From sequence record PZ445487.1: a stretch of DNA of 64,000 bases; one strand, written 5' to 3'. Both the position numbers and the translations under genes were made by a program. The stretch is from a phage. Shown one piece after another: positions 1 through 9,181 of this stretch. Under the pieces are notes generated by a model that had not been told where the DNA came from, did no database searches, and worked only from the letters and a program-made list of their open reading frames with translations. How positions within the stretch are numbered: position 1 is the stretch's first letter; each line of letters starts with the position of its first letter.

Positions 1-2211
1 ATGGCGTATCAGAAGCGTGATATAGAATATGCCCCAATTAAAACGGGGTTCAAAATAGACGATGTGAAATTGCGTATGGACCAAACGTTCATGCGCAAAC
101 CTTCTGTGCGTGCTCCTCGAGTCGAGTTAATGCTGACAGATGAACAAGAAGACGAATTCGTTGAATGTTCTATGGATGCACACTACTTCGCCGCCAACTA
201 TTACAAGATAACCACGATCGATAAGGGCTTTATCCTTTTCGATATGCATGATTATCAGAAGCAGTTGTTCCACGACTTTCAGGACTATCGATTTAATGCG
301 GTCGTCCAGGCTCGTCAGTCCGGAAAATGTGTAAAAGGCGACACGCTTGTCACAGTTTACGATACTCTCAGCCAAGAGGAGTTGCTCCTGACTATAGGGG
401 AGCTTCACAGCCGCTTCGAGGACGTCAACCACGCTGTGCCGCTGAATACCATTGGCAACCATGACAAGTTCGTGGACAGCCGCTTCGGCAAACGTTACTT
501 TGTACAATCCGATAGTGGCTGGGTTCCGGTTATCGCAGCGCATAAGACGAAGAAATATGCGGAATTCGTTATTGTCACCGTTACCGGAAGGCGAATTAAC
601 GTGGCCGATGAACATATGTTCTTCACTCCGGACATGAAGGAGATATTTGCCAAAGACCTGAATGCTGGGTCATACATCATGACGACAGAAGGTCCAGAAG
701 AAATCCGTGAGATTTGGCAGACTGGTGAATATCACCATATGTACGATCTTCAGGTCAAATCTAGTGATCAACGTTATTACACGAATGGCTTTCTCAGTCA
801 TAACACGACCGTGGTGGCGGCGTTTCTTCTTTGGTATGCGATGTTCCATTCTGATAAGGAAATCGCAGTACTGGCAAACAAAGAGAAACAAGCGATAGAA
901 ATTCTTGACCGTATCAGAAAAGCATACCAAGACCTTCCATTCTTCCTTCAGCAGGGTTGTGAGAAGTTTGGTTCTACCCTGATAGAGTTTGAGAATGGTT
1001 CTAAGATATACGCTTATGCCACGTCTTCGGACTCCATCCGTGGTCGTTCTGTATCGCTCTTGTACGTTGACGAAGTCGCGTTTATCGAAAACGACTTTGA
1101 ATTTTGGGAATCAACTTTCCCAGCCATTGCATCTGCCGATACATCACGCTGTATTTTGACAAGTACTCCGAAAGGCCAGCGAGGGTTGTTCTATGATATT
1201 GTCACCAAAGCAGATCCGCGCCATCCACAATACAACGACTTCCACCTAACTGAAGTCCCATGGTATAAGGTTCCGGCATATACCAAAGATCCAGATTGGG
1301 AAACCAAACAACGTGCCCGTCTGGGGGATGCTCGTTTCGATCAAGAATTTGGCATTAAGTTCCGTGGTTCCGTGGGTTCATTGATTCCGGCCAAATGCTT
1401 AGATAAAATGACGTCCAAGTTGTATCGGGAACCTAATGAATTCACCAAGATTTATAAGGAATACGACCCACAACGTCTCTACTTTGGGATTGCGGACACT
1501 GGGAAGGGGGTGGAAGGAGATTATTCCGTCTTAACAATTCTGGATATAACTGAATATCCGCATGTTATAGCAGCCAAGTACAGGAATAACACGATACCTC
1601 CTATGATGTATGCATACACGATAGCTGATATGTGCACCGAATACGGGGAATGCCCTGTCCTTGTTGAAACAAACAACGACGTCGGCGGTCAGGTTATTAC
1701 AATTCTTTATCAAGAGATAGAATATCCAGAAATCATATTCACATCAACAGATAACAAAGGGACGGGGAAACGGATTGGTGGACGTAAACCGGAACCTGGT
1801 ATCAATACCAACAGAAAAGTCCGATCTATCGGTTGTGCTAACCTGAAAGCGCTCATTGAGAAAGAAATGTTGGTGATAGAAGACCAGGACACGATAGATG
1901 AACTCAGTACATTTGTGTTCAAAGGCGCTCGGTATGAAGCCGATGACGGTTGTCACGATGACTGTGTCATGCCGTTGGTCTTATATTCATGGGCGGTAAA
2001 ACAAGAATGGTTCAGTGACTTGACATCTACAAGTATTTCTCAGGACATGAGAAACCGAATGTCTTCAACTGAATCCCAGCAGGTATTCCCATTTGGCGGT
2101 TTAGTCGTTGGAGACACCCCATCCGAAACTGAGCATTTGCCTGGTTTCGGGGGTATTCAAGTTTTCAACGAAATGTCAGGGATGACCATGGATGAGTGGT
2201 TTAAGAATTGA
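1..2211 (+). CDS. 17: Terminase large subunit (T4 gp17-like), interrupted by an in-frame mini-intein
   Basis: Flanks of the insertion rejoin to a P-loop ARQSGK|TTVVAAFLL matching the T4 gp17 Walker A (SRQLGKTTVVA); Walker B-like LLYVDEVAF follows. ORF begins at window position 1, so the N-terminus may be cut by the window edge. Confidence 0.85.
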   Translation: MAYQKRDIEYAPIKTGFKIDDVKLRMDQTFMRKPSVRAPRVELMLTDEQEDEFVECSMDAHYFAANYYKITTIDKGFILFDMHDYQKQLFHDFQDYRFNAVVQARQSGKCVKGDTLVTVYDTLSQEELLLTIGELHSRFEDVNHAVPLNTIGNHDKFVDSRFGKRYFVQSDSGWVPVIAAHKTKKYAEFVIVTVTGRRINVADEHMFFTPDMKEIFAKDLNAGSYIMTTEGPEEIREIWQTGEYHHMYDLQVKSSDQRYYTNGFLSHNTTVVAAFLLWYAMFHSDKEIAVLANKEKQAIEILDRIRKAYQDLPFFLQQGCEKFGSTLIEFENGSKIYAYATSSDSIRGRSVSLLYVDEVAFIENDFEFWESTFPAIASADTSRCILTSTPKGQRGLFYDIVTKADPRHPQYNDFHLTEVPWYKVPAYTKDPDWETKQRARLGDARFDQEFGIKFRGSVGSLIPAKCLDKMTSKLYREPNEFTKIYKEYDPQRLYFGIADTGKGVEGDYSVLTILDITEYPHVIAAKYRNNTIPPMMYAYTIADMCTEYGECPVLVETNNDVGGQVITILYQEIEYPEIIFTSTDNKGTGKRIGGRKPEPGINTNRKVRSIGCANLKALIEKEMLVIEDQDTIDELSTFVFKGARYEADDGCHDDCVMPLVLYSWAVKQEWFSDLTSTSISQDMRNRMSSTESQQVFPFGGLVVGDTPSETEHLPGFGGIQVFNEMSGMTMDEWFKN
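328..804 (+). mobile_element. Mini-intein (159 aa) in the terminase Walker A P-loop
   Basis: Insert starts with Cys (CVKGDTLV), ends with SHN and is followed by Thr as +1 extein residue; about 160 aa with no room for a homing endonuclease domain. Confidence 0.7.
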
Positions 2212-2214
2212 TCA

Positions 2215-2221
2215 CTAAATA
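2215..2221 (+). promoter_or_regulatory. Late-promoter-like CTAAATA motif upstream of gene 18
   Basis: cactaaatatc about 40 nt upstream of the gp18 ATG; resembles the T4 late promoter TATAAATA with C at the first position. Confidence 0.3.
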
Positions 2222-2263
2222 TCTTTCAAATTGAGCGAAACTCTACCGAGAAGGAATGATATT

Positions 2264-4159
2264 ATGGCAACTCAAAGCTTCAGCGTTGCGCCGTCCGTTC
2301 AGTGGACTGAGCGTGATGCCACGCTTCAGACGTCCCCGTCCGTTGTTGTTCAGGGCGCGACCGTCGGCAAATTTCAATGGGGTGAAGTTGAACTTCCAGT
2401 GCTGGTGACTGGTGGTGAGACAGGTTTGGTGAAGAAATTCTTCAAACCCAACGACAGTACTGCGACCGATTTTCTCGTAATCGCGGACTTTTTGTCTTAC
2501 AGCTCTATGGCATGGGTGACCCGTGTTGTTGGTCCTCTGGCCAAGAACTCTGTTACCAAAGGTCAGACAGCGATTGCGATCAAAAACAAACTGGATTTTG
2601 AAACAGCAAGTCCTTCGGCGTCCATCACTTGGACTGGTCGTTATCCAGGTTCCCTGGGTAATGATATTGCTATCAATGTTTGTGATGCTGCTGGATTCTC
2701 AACTTGGGAATTCCGTAATAACTTTGCATACGCACCTCAGTCTGGTGAATTCCATGTAGTTGTCGTAGACAAAGTTGGTCGCATTACCGACTCTGCTGGC
2801 GCGGTCGGTCAGGTTGACCGTATCTCCGTTTCTGGTACGGCTACTGCTGCTGGCACCATCAGTGTGGCAGGTGAAGATATCGCATATCTGGATACTGATA
2901 CTCCAGCCGATTTGGCAACCAAAATCGGTACAGCACTAACTTCCCTGACAAGTGTTTATTCTTCTGTTGTCGTGAAGTCCAACACTGTCATCGTGACCCA
3001 TAAAGCTATTGGTCCCCAGACAGTTACTGCTATTGTTCCAGATGATAAGGGGCTGACTGCAACCGCCGTGATTACCACTGTTGGCGCATCTGGTTCTATT
3101 ATCGAAAAATACGAACTCATGCAGAACACACAGGGTTCCAAAAAGTCCGATGGCGCGAATGCGTACTTCAAAGATGTCATCAATGATACATCAAATTGGG
3201 TGTACACCTTCGCTACCGCTCTGGCCGCAGGTGTTGTTGAATTAGAAGGCGGCGTAGACGATTATAACATCAACCGCGTGGCAGCTATCCAAGTCTTGAA
3301 CAATGCTGAAGCATATGATGCGAAGCCAGTATTTGCGTACTGTGAAGAACTGATTGAGCAACAAGCATTGATCGACTTATCTACTGAGCGAAAAGATACG
3401 GTATCTTTCGTATCCCCGCTCCGTGATACGGTTGTTGGCAACCGTGGTCGTGAAATGGATGATGTCGTTGCTTGGCGTGAAAGCCTTGTTCGCGACTCTT
3501 CTTATTTCTTCATGGATGATAACTGGGCATATGTGTACGACAAGTACAACGACAAAATGCGTTGGATTCCGGCTTGTGGTGGCACCGCAGGTGTTTGGGC
3601 GCGAAGCATTGAAATCGCGGGTATCTACAAATCTCCGGCGTTCCACAACCGTGGTAAATACAACAACTATAATCGAATGGCGTGGTCTGCGTCTTCTGAT
3701 GAACGTGCTGTGTTGTACCGCAATCAGATCAACAGCATCGTAACCTTCTCCAATGAAGGCATCGTCCTGTATGGTGACAAAACTGGCCTGACCCGCCCGT
3801 CGGCGTTTGACCGCATCAACGTTCGTGGTCTGTTCATCATGGCTGAGCAGAACATCGCCGCAATCGCCAAATACTATCTTGGTGAGAACAATGACGCGTT
3901 TACACGTGGTCTGTTCAGCAATGCGGTTCGTCCATATATCCGCCAGCTGGCAAATATGGGCGCGATTTACGATGGTAAAGTCAAATGTGATGAAGACAAC
4001 AACACTGCTGATGTCATTGCGGCAAACCAAATGGTTGCAGGCATTTGGTTGAAGCCTGAGTACAGCATTAATTGGGTCTACTTAGATTTTGCTGCAGTTC
4101 GACCAGATATGGAGTTCAGCGAAATCGAATCCGGTGGCGGCATCGTTGCTGCTTCATAA
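2264..4159 (+). CDS. 18: Tail sheath protein (gp18-like)
   Basis: C-terminal half matches T4 gp18 as I recall it (YVYDKYNDKMRWIPA, PSAFDRINVRGLF). Start moved from track 2231 to ATG 2264, which has aaggaa 8 nt upstream. Confidence 0.9.
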   Translation: MATQSFSVAPSVQWTERDATLQTSPSVVVQGATVGKFQWGEVELPVLVTGGETGLVKKFFKPNDSTATDFLVIADFLSYSSMAWVTRVVGPLAKNSVTKGQTAIAIKNKLDFETASPSASITWTGRYPGSLGNDIAINVCDAAGFSTWEFRNNFAYAPQSGEFHVVVVDKVGRITDSAGAVGQVDRISVSGTATAAGTISVAGEDIAYLDTDTPADLATKIGTALTSLTSVYSSVVVKSNTVIVTHKAIGPQTVTAIVPDDKGLTATAVITTVGASGSIIEKYELMQNTQGSKKSDGANAYFKDVINDTSNWVYTFATALAAGVVELEGGVDDYNINRVAAIQVLNNAEAYDAKPVFAYCEELIEQQALIDLSTERKDTVSFVSPLRDTVVGNRGREMDDVVAWRESLVRDSSYFFMDDNWAYVYDKYNDKMRWIPACGGTAGVWARSIEIAGIYKSPAFHNRGKYNNYNRMAWSASSDERAVLYRNQINSIVTFSNEGIVLYGDKTGLTRPSAFDRINVRGLFIMAEQNIAAIAKYYLGENNDAFTRGLFSNAVRPYIRQLANMGAIYDGKVKCDEDNNTADVIAANQMVAGIWLKPEYSINWVYLDFAAVRPDMEFSEIESGGGIVAAS

Positions 4160-4167
4160 AAATGACC

Positions 4168-4191
4168 AACCCCGCTTCGGCGGGGTTTTCC
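4168..4191 (+). terminator. Rho-independent terminator after gene 18
   Basis: GC hairpin aaccccgc-ttcg-gcggggtt followed by a T-run. Confidence 0.6.
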
Positions 4192-4217
4192 TTTGTCTTA
4201 TTGATTTGAGTTATTGA

Positions 4218-4676
4218 ATGATATACGCATACAAAATTGAAACGATAACTAATGGAAAGGTCTACATCGGTGTGACCAATGACCCACAACGAAGATATGA
4301 TCAGCATTTTGCGAATGCTTTTCATCATGGAGTCCAAAGTGAATTGTATGATGCCATGCGTAAGTATGGAACATCTGGATTTACTTTCGTTGTAATTGCT
4401 CAGACCGATGAAGTCCATAAATGGGAATTAGAGAAGCAACTCATCGCTCAATATAATTCTTATGAGATGGGTTACAACATGAATAAAGGCGGTAATGATG
4501 GAAGTCATATGCTGGGTAAAACTGCAGCAAAATTGACATCTACAGGTGAACACATTGGTCTTGTTTCTCTCATAGACCCCCGTTGGGAATTGTGTGAAAT
4601 CGAACCCGTTTTAAGCAATGTTGACCACGGATTTGATTTTTCTTCCATGAAGATTAAAAGATTGACGACTAATTAG
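4218..4676 (+). CDS. GIY-YIG homing endonuclease-like protein (Seg-like), short form
   Basis: N-terminus IYAYKIETITNGKVYIGVTNDPQRRYDQH carries the GIY...YIG motif and conserved Arg; free-standing between gp18 and gp19. Only 152 aa, so the DNA-binding domain may be missing. Confidence 0.7.
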   Translation: MIYAYKIETITNGKVYIGVTNDPQRRYDQHFANAFHHGVQSELYDAMRKYGTSGFTFVVIAQTDEVHKWELEKQLIAQYNSYEMGYNMNKGGNDGSHMLGKTAAKLTSTGEHIGLVSLIDPRWELCEIEPVLSNVDHGFDFSSMKIKRLTTN

Positions 4677-4706
4677 AATTGTGTACTCTTATTTGGAGAT
4701 ATAAAA

Positions 4707-5240
4707 ATGGCGACAGTCAATGAGTTTCGCGCAGCCATGTCACGAGGGGGCGGCGTACAACGCCAACACCGCTGGCGTGTGACTGTAAACTTTCCTTCTT
4801 TTGTTGCTGGTTCCGACACAATTCGTGACGTGTCCTTGCTGGCTGTAACCACCAACACCCCAACAGGTCAGCTGGGTGAAATTCTGGTTCCTTGGGGTGG
4901 ACGTGAACTTCCGTTCCCAGGGGATCGTCGTTTCGAAGCGCTTCCTGTGACGTTCATTAACGTAGTGAACAACGCTCCATACAATGCTTTTGAAGTGTGG
5001 CAGCAATTCATCAACGGTAGTGAAAACAACCGCGCCAGCGCGAATCCAGATGATTATTTCCGTGATATCATCATGGAACTTCTGGACGCGAATGACAACG
5101 TGACTAAGACATGGACTTTACAGGGCGGCTGGCCTCAAAACCTCGGCCAACTGGAACTCGATATGTCGGCAATGGACTCTTACACACAGTTCACTGTCGA
5201 TTTGCGTTATTTCCAAGCCGTTTCTGACAAGTCATTGTAA
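4707..5240 (+). CDS. 19: Tail tube protein (gp19-like)
   Basis: 177 aa directly after the sheath gene; overall resemblance to T4 gp19, including the C-terminal TWTLQGGWPQNLGQLELD region. Confidence 0.8.
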   Translation: MATVNEFRAAMSRGGGVQRQHRWRVTVNFPSFVAGSDTIRDVSLLAVTTNTPTGQLGEILVPWGGRELPFPGDRRFEALPVTFINVVNNAPYNAFEVWQQFINGSENNRASANPDDYFRDIIMELLDANDNVTKTWTLQGGWPQNLGQLELDMSAMDSYTQFTVDLRYFQAVSDKSL

Positions 5241-5307
5241 TGTCCTCGGTGCTGGGGGAATGTTATTCCCCCTCACTAATTACAAGAAAACGTTGAGGAC
5301 TTAGATC

Positions 5308-6990
5308 ATGGCTGGATACGGCATGGGGTTCTTCGGTTTGTTTGGTGGCGGCGGTTTAGTCAATGCCAAAGTCGACACCGATAAGTTAGCCCAAAAACAA
5401 GATGAATTGTTGCTCACCAAGGCGACAGTTGTTGCTCTGGACGATGCTCAAGACGGTTCTATAATCCTTCAGGGCGGTGCAAACACCTACAACTATGTTG
5501 GCGTTGAGAGTGAACTTCTCAGCGTTAAAACAGTTGTGGAAGAATATCAGTCCATGGCTCAACAGCCTGAAATTCGCAAAGCTGTGGACATTATTGTCAA
5601 TGATGTTGTCACCTGTGAGGAAGATGAAACTCCAGTGACAGTAAACCTTGACAAAGTTGAAGGGATATCTGATACTGTTAAAGAATCTATCACCGAATGC
5701 TTCAAAGAAGTTATGCACTTGATGGACTTTGACAATACAGCATATCAGAAGATCCGGAAATGGTATGTTGACGGTCGACAAGCATATCATGTCATCGTTG
5801 ATCCCACGAATAAAAAAGGCGGGATCAAGAAATTGGTCATGCTGGATTCTCGTTGTATTCGTCCTGTGTACATCGTTGAAAAGGCAATGCGTGAAGGTGG
5901 TATAGAAGCGATCGAATCTGTAACGCTGAAATACTATTACAATCCGAATTATAATCGAAACCAATTCACTGGTCAATCAGGTACTTCTCAAAACTTCCAA
6001 CCTTCACAACAAGAACTCGTGTTTGATGACGAAAGCATTGTTTATATCGATAGTGGTGAAGAGCCATTGGCCAATGGTATTGTCCCAGGCCTTTTAAATC
6101 CTGCTATCCGTCCGTTGAACAACCTGGTTACGACTGAAGATGCGACTGTAATTTATGCCATCACTCGCGCCCCTGAGAAACGCGCATTCTATCTTGACGT
6201 CGGTACTCTCGGTAAGAAATCTGCTGAAGAATACATGACCATGATGATGGGTAAATTCAAAAACCGCAACGCATATGACCGCACCACTGGTAAGATAACA
6301 GGTAATGCCCATCTTATGGGTATTGCAGAGGATTATTGGTTGCCGCGCCGCGAAGGTCAGAATGCTACAGAGATTGCGACTGTTGGGGGTGGGAATCAAT
6401 TGGGCGAAATGGATCACGTGAACTATTTCCGTGAAAAACTCTATGATGCTCTAATGATCCCTAAGAGCCGCCTCCAAGAGGAAGGATCTATTAACATTGG
6501 GGGTTCTAACCTTGCGGAGATTACACAGGAAGAGCTGCGCTTCAGCAAGTTCTGTGCTGGGTTACGACGCCGTTACTCCCATTTCTTTATGGAATTCTTG
6601 CGCCGCCAGTTAATTTTGAAAGGCGTTACGGATGAAAAGGATTGGAATGAGAAGATCAAACCGTTTATAAAGTTTGAATTCACATCCGATAGTTACATTC
6701 GTGAACAACAAGAAAACGCTATCTTGAATGATCGTCTGGCTTCATTGAACACTGTTGAGCCATTTGTTGGTTCCATTTTCTCCATAGACTACGTCATGAG
6801 AAATGTATTGCGTATGTCTGATGAAGAAGTTAAAGAACAACAAACGAAGATCGCGGAAGAGAAGAAGAAAGGTCTCTATCCGAAGGTTCAAGCAGATGAA
6901 ACTGGCAATTATAGCGGTTCAGATGTTAGTCCGTTGAAGTTTAAACCTGAGACTATCCCATTCTCCGGTTCAACAGACGATAGTATTTAA
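5308..6990 (+). CDS. 20: Portal vertex protein (gp20-like)
   Basis: 560 aa; conserved blocks shared with T4 gp20 (KIRKWYVDGRQ, VIYAITRAPEKRAFYLDVG, TEDYWLPRREGQ). Confidence 0.9.
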   Translation: MAGYGMGFFGLFGGGGLVNAKVDTDKLAQKQDELLLTKATVVALDDAQDGSIILQGGANTYNYVGVESELLSVKTVVEEYQSMAQQPEIRKAVDIIVNDVVTCEEDETPVTVNLDKVEGISDTVKESITECFKEVMHLMDFDNTAYQKIRKWYVDGRQAYHVIVDPTNKKGGIKKLVMLDSRCIRPVYIVEKAMREGGIEAIESVTLKYYYNPNYNRNQFTGQSGTSQNFQPSQQELVFDDESIVYIDSGEEPLANGIVPGLLNPAIRPLNNLVTTEDATVIYAITRAPEKRAFYLDVGTLGKKSAEEYMTMMMGKFKNRNAYDRTTGKITGNAHLMGIAEDYWLPRREGQNATEIATVGGGNQLGEMDHVNYFREKLYDALMIPKSRLQEEGSINIGGSNLAEITQEELRFSKFCAGLRRRYSHFFMEFLRRQLILKGVTDEKDWNEKIKPFIKFEFTSDSYIREQQENAILNDRLASLNTVEPFVGSIFSIDYVMRNVLRMSDEEVKEQQTKIAEEKKKGLYPKVQADETGNYSGSDVSPLKFKPETIPFSGSTDDSI

Positions 6991-6997
6991 AGTTCAA

Positions 6998-7004
6998 CTA
7001 AATA
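6998..7004 (+). promoter_or_regulatory. Late-promoter-like CTAAATA motif
   Basis: aactaaatata about 28 nt upstream of the ATG at 7032. Confidence 0.3.
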
Positions 7005-7031
7005 TAGAAAATTAATTCGGAGATCAAAATC

Positions 7032-7202
7032 ATGAGCGCAATTGATATCGTTCGTGCAGTAATTGACGGTGACACTGAAACTGCTGTTGCAGAATGCAAC
7101 ATGGAACTTGATGCACGTAGTCAAGAACTATTAAACCAAGGCACAGCATATGTTCTGGATTCTATCGCAGCTGATATGAATTCAAACAACAACGGCCAGT
7201 AA
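7032..7202 (+). CDS. 67: Small prohead core protein (gp67-like), 56 aa
   Basis: ORF below the track size cut-off; SD ggaga 7 nt upstream; sits where T4 has gene 67, between portal and gp68/21. Confidence 0.45.
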   Translation: MSAIDIVRAVIDGDTETAVAECNMELDARSQELLNQGTAYVLDSIAADMNSNNNGQ

Positions 7203-7210
7203 GGAGATGC

Positions 7211-7528
7211 ATGATGGAAATCACAGAGATCGCCACGTTCGCTGATTTCCTGGCCTCTCGTATGGACGAGCAGCGAGTCATCGATAAAGTGAACGCTCGT
7301 GGTAAACGCCGCCGCCGCTTGAAATGTGCCCCTGGGTTCAAATTGTCGGCTGATGGTTCACGTTGTGAAGTTATGGACGCCAGCGAACGTCGTGTTCGCA
7401 AGATCGGCAACCGCAAAGCCCTCCGCTCTAAAAAGCGTATGGGAATGGGCTATCAACGTAAAATCGAGCGCCGCAAGAAAAAGGCTATGAAGTTCCGCAA
7501 AATGATGGGACTGAGTAAGAACAAGTAA
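7211..7528 (+). CDS. 68: Basic prohead core protein (gp68-like)
   Basis: Very Arg/Lys-rich 105 aa protein in the T4 gene 68 position; SD aaggag upstream. Confidence 0.5.
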   Translation: MMEITEIATFADFLASRMDEQRVIDKVNARGKRRRRLKCAPGFKLSADGSRCEVMDASERRVRKIGNRKALRSKKRMGMGYQRKIERRKKKAMKFRKMMGLSKNK

Positions 7529-7535
7529 GGAGTTT

Positions 7536-8204
7536 ATGATGAAACTGTTGCGTGAGATCACAGCGATAGGGAAGGATCTTCAAATCGGTGAGGCCACAAC
7601 CTCAACTGGTGGGAAGGCCATGTTCATCGAAGGTCCGTTTGTGATGTGTAACCAAGTCAACCGTAACGGGCGTAACTATGATCTGCAGAAAGTGGGTATT
7701 CCTGCTGTCGAAGCATACGACAAAGAGTATATCCAAGATCGTCGCGCAATCGGTGAAGTCACACATCCTGACTATCCTTTCCCTAATCTGGTGGAAGCTG
7801 CGCTCAAAACCGAATCCCTTCGCTGGGAAGGCACTAATGCCATCGGTCGGGCGCGAATTTTAAATACACCAAAAGGCCAAATCATACGTGCATTGGCCGA
7901 AGCAGACTTCAATCTGGCCGTGTCTACACGTGGTCTGGGTGAGACCAAGTCAGTAAACGGTTATGACGACGTTCAACCTGGCTTTATGCTCACCGCTGTT
8001 GATGCAGTCGACCGTCCTTCTGGACAAGTTTGTTATGTTAAGGCTGTGAGTGAATCTGTTGAATGGCAGCTTGATGAGGCTTCCGGTATTTGGATGCCTC
8101 GGGATGTTAAAGGAAACGTTGTTGACCAGTTGGTGAAAGCCAATATTCAAGTAGAAGACGACTTCCTGCGCCGCCTTGATGCAGCATTGAATCATCTGGG
8201 CTGA
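7536..8204 (+). CDS. 21: Prohead core protein/protease (gp21-like)
   Basis: 222 aa in the gene 21 position; similar in size to T4 gp21. Confidence 0.8.
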   Translation: MMKLLREITAIGKDLQIGEATTSTGGKAMFIEGPFVMCNQVNRNGRNYDLQKVGIPAVEAYDKEYIQDRRAIGEVTHPDYPFPNLVEAALKTESLRWEGTNAIGRARILNTPKGQIIRALAEADFNLAVSTRGLGETKSVNGYDDVQPGFMLTAVDAVDRPSGQVCYVKAVSESVEWQLDEASGIWMPRDVKGNVVDQLVKANIQVEDDFLRRLDAALNHLG

Positions 8205-8215
8205 AATTCAGCTCA

Positions 8216-8222
8216 CTAAATA
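8216..8222 (+). promoter_or_regulatory. Late-promoter-like CTAAATA motif upstream of gene 22
   Basis: cactaaatact about 30 nt upstream of the ATG at 8251. Confidence 0.3.
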
Positions 8223-8250
8223 CTGAAAAATCGTTCAGAAGGAAACTATC

Positions 8251-9090
8251 ATGAAACCTGAATTGCAAAAACTGTTTGAAGGCGTTAATGGCCTCAGCAC
8301 CGATTTCTTGGACAAAGTATCTGGTCTGCTGGAATCTAAAGTTGAAGCCGCCCGTCTGCAAGCTATTCAAGAAACTGAAGCGGCTGGTAACGTTGAGCGC
8401 CTGACTCTGGTAGAAGCCCACCAGAAAGAAGTCGCAGACCTTAAAGAAAATTTCACTCTTCAGTTGGCGGAAAAAGTTGATTCGTTCCTCAACGCGGTGG
8501 TTGAAGAATGGGCTAACAAAAATGCCCCAGCTATTGACGCTCAGATCAAAACTGAAGCTGCTGAACGCTTCCTCACTGGTTTCTCCAACGTGCTGAAAGA
8601 AGCAGGTGTGAGTTTCGCTACTGACCCAGACGGTCAGATTGCCGCCCTCACCAGTCGCCTTGCTGAAGCAGAACAACGCGCCAATATGGCTAATACAGAG
8701 TTGGCTCAGCTCAAAGAAAGCGAGACTAAACGCCAGCGCACCGACGTAATTGATCGCATTTGTGAAGGCATGGTTGACACCAAGAAAGACACTGTTGTCA
8801 ACCTGCTGGAAGGTATTGAATTCCAGACCGAGTCTGAATTTGAATCCCGTGTGCGCACCTTCCGTAACCTGGTAGAAGGCAAAGATGACTTCTCTGATAA
8901 AGTCGGCAAAGACAATGAAAAAGGCAAGCCGGATGGCGACAAGTCTGAAAAAGACATCAAAGAAGGTAAAAAACCGAAGAAAGAAGGTGAAGCCGACGAT
9001 GATGACGATGACGATGATGACAAAGACGAAGTTGGCAAAGAAGTCAACGAAGCCGTCCGTCGCCAGATCAGTGCTTTGCTGAACGGCTAA
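8251..9090 (+). CDS. 22: Prohead core scaffold protein (gp22-like)
   Basis: Alpha-helical, highly charged 279 aa protein with a poly-Asp run near the C-terminus, in the gene 22 position before the major capsid gene. Confidence 0.8.
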   Translation: MKPELQKLFEGVNGLSTDFLDKVSGLLESKVEAARLQAIQETEAAGNVERLTLVEAHQKEVADLKENFTLQLAEKVDSFLNAVVEEWANKNAPAIDAQIKTEAAERFLTGFSNVLKEAGVSFATDPDGQIAALTSRLAEAEQRANMANTELAQLKESETKRQRTDVIDRICEGMVDTKKDTVVNLLEGIEFQTESEFESRVRTFRNLVEGKDDFSDKVGKDNEKGKPDGDKSEKDIKEGKKPKKEGEADDDDDDDDDKDEVGKEVNEAVRRQISALLNG

Positions 9091-9181
9091 TTTTAGCAGC
9101 CACAGCCCTCGAAAGGGGGCTTGATTTTGAACTACTAAGTAATTTCAACTTAACTGAATATCAATGTAAGGAACGAGCATC

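Noticed and set aside
3377-4030. Minus-strand ORFs of 200 aa or more lying wholly inside strongly supported forward genes (3377..4030 in gp18, 5386..5976 in gp20, 9671..10456 in gp23, 26205..26753, 50485..51168, 54086..54661)
   Set aside because: They are antisense to genes with clear homology or strong start context, have no SD of their own and show skewed compositions; treated as shadow ORFs.
8980-9030. Triplet repeat (gat/gac)n as a possible tandem repeat or slippage element
   Set aside because: It encodes the poly-Asp tail of the gp22 scaffold protein, a normal feature of this family, not a non-coding repeat.
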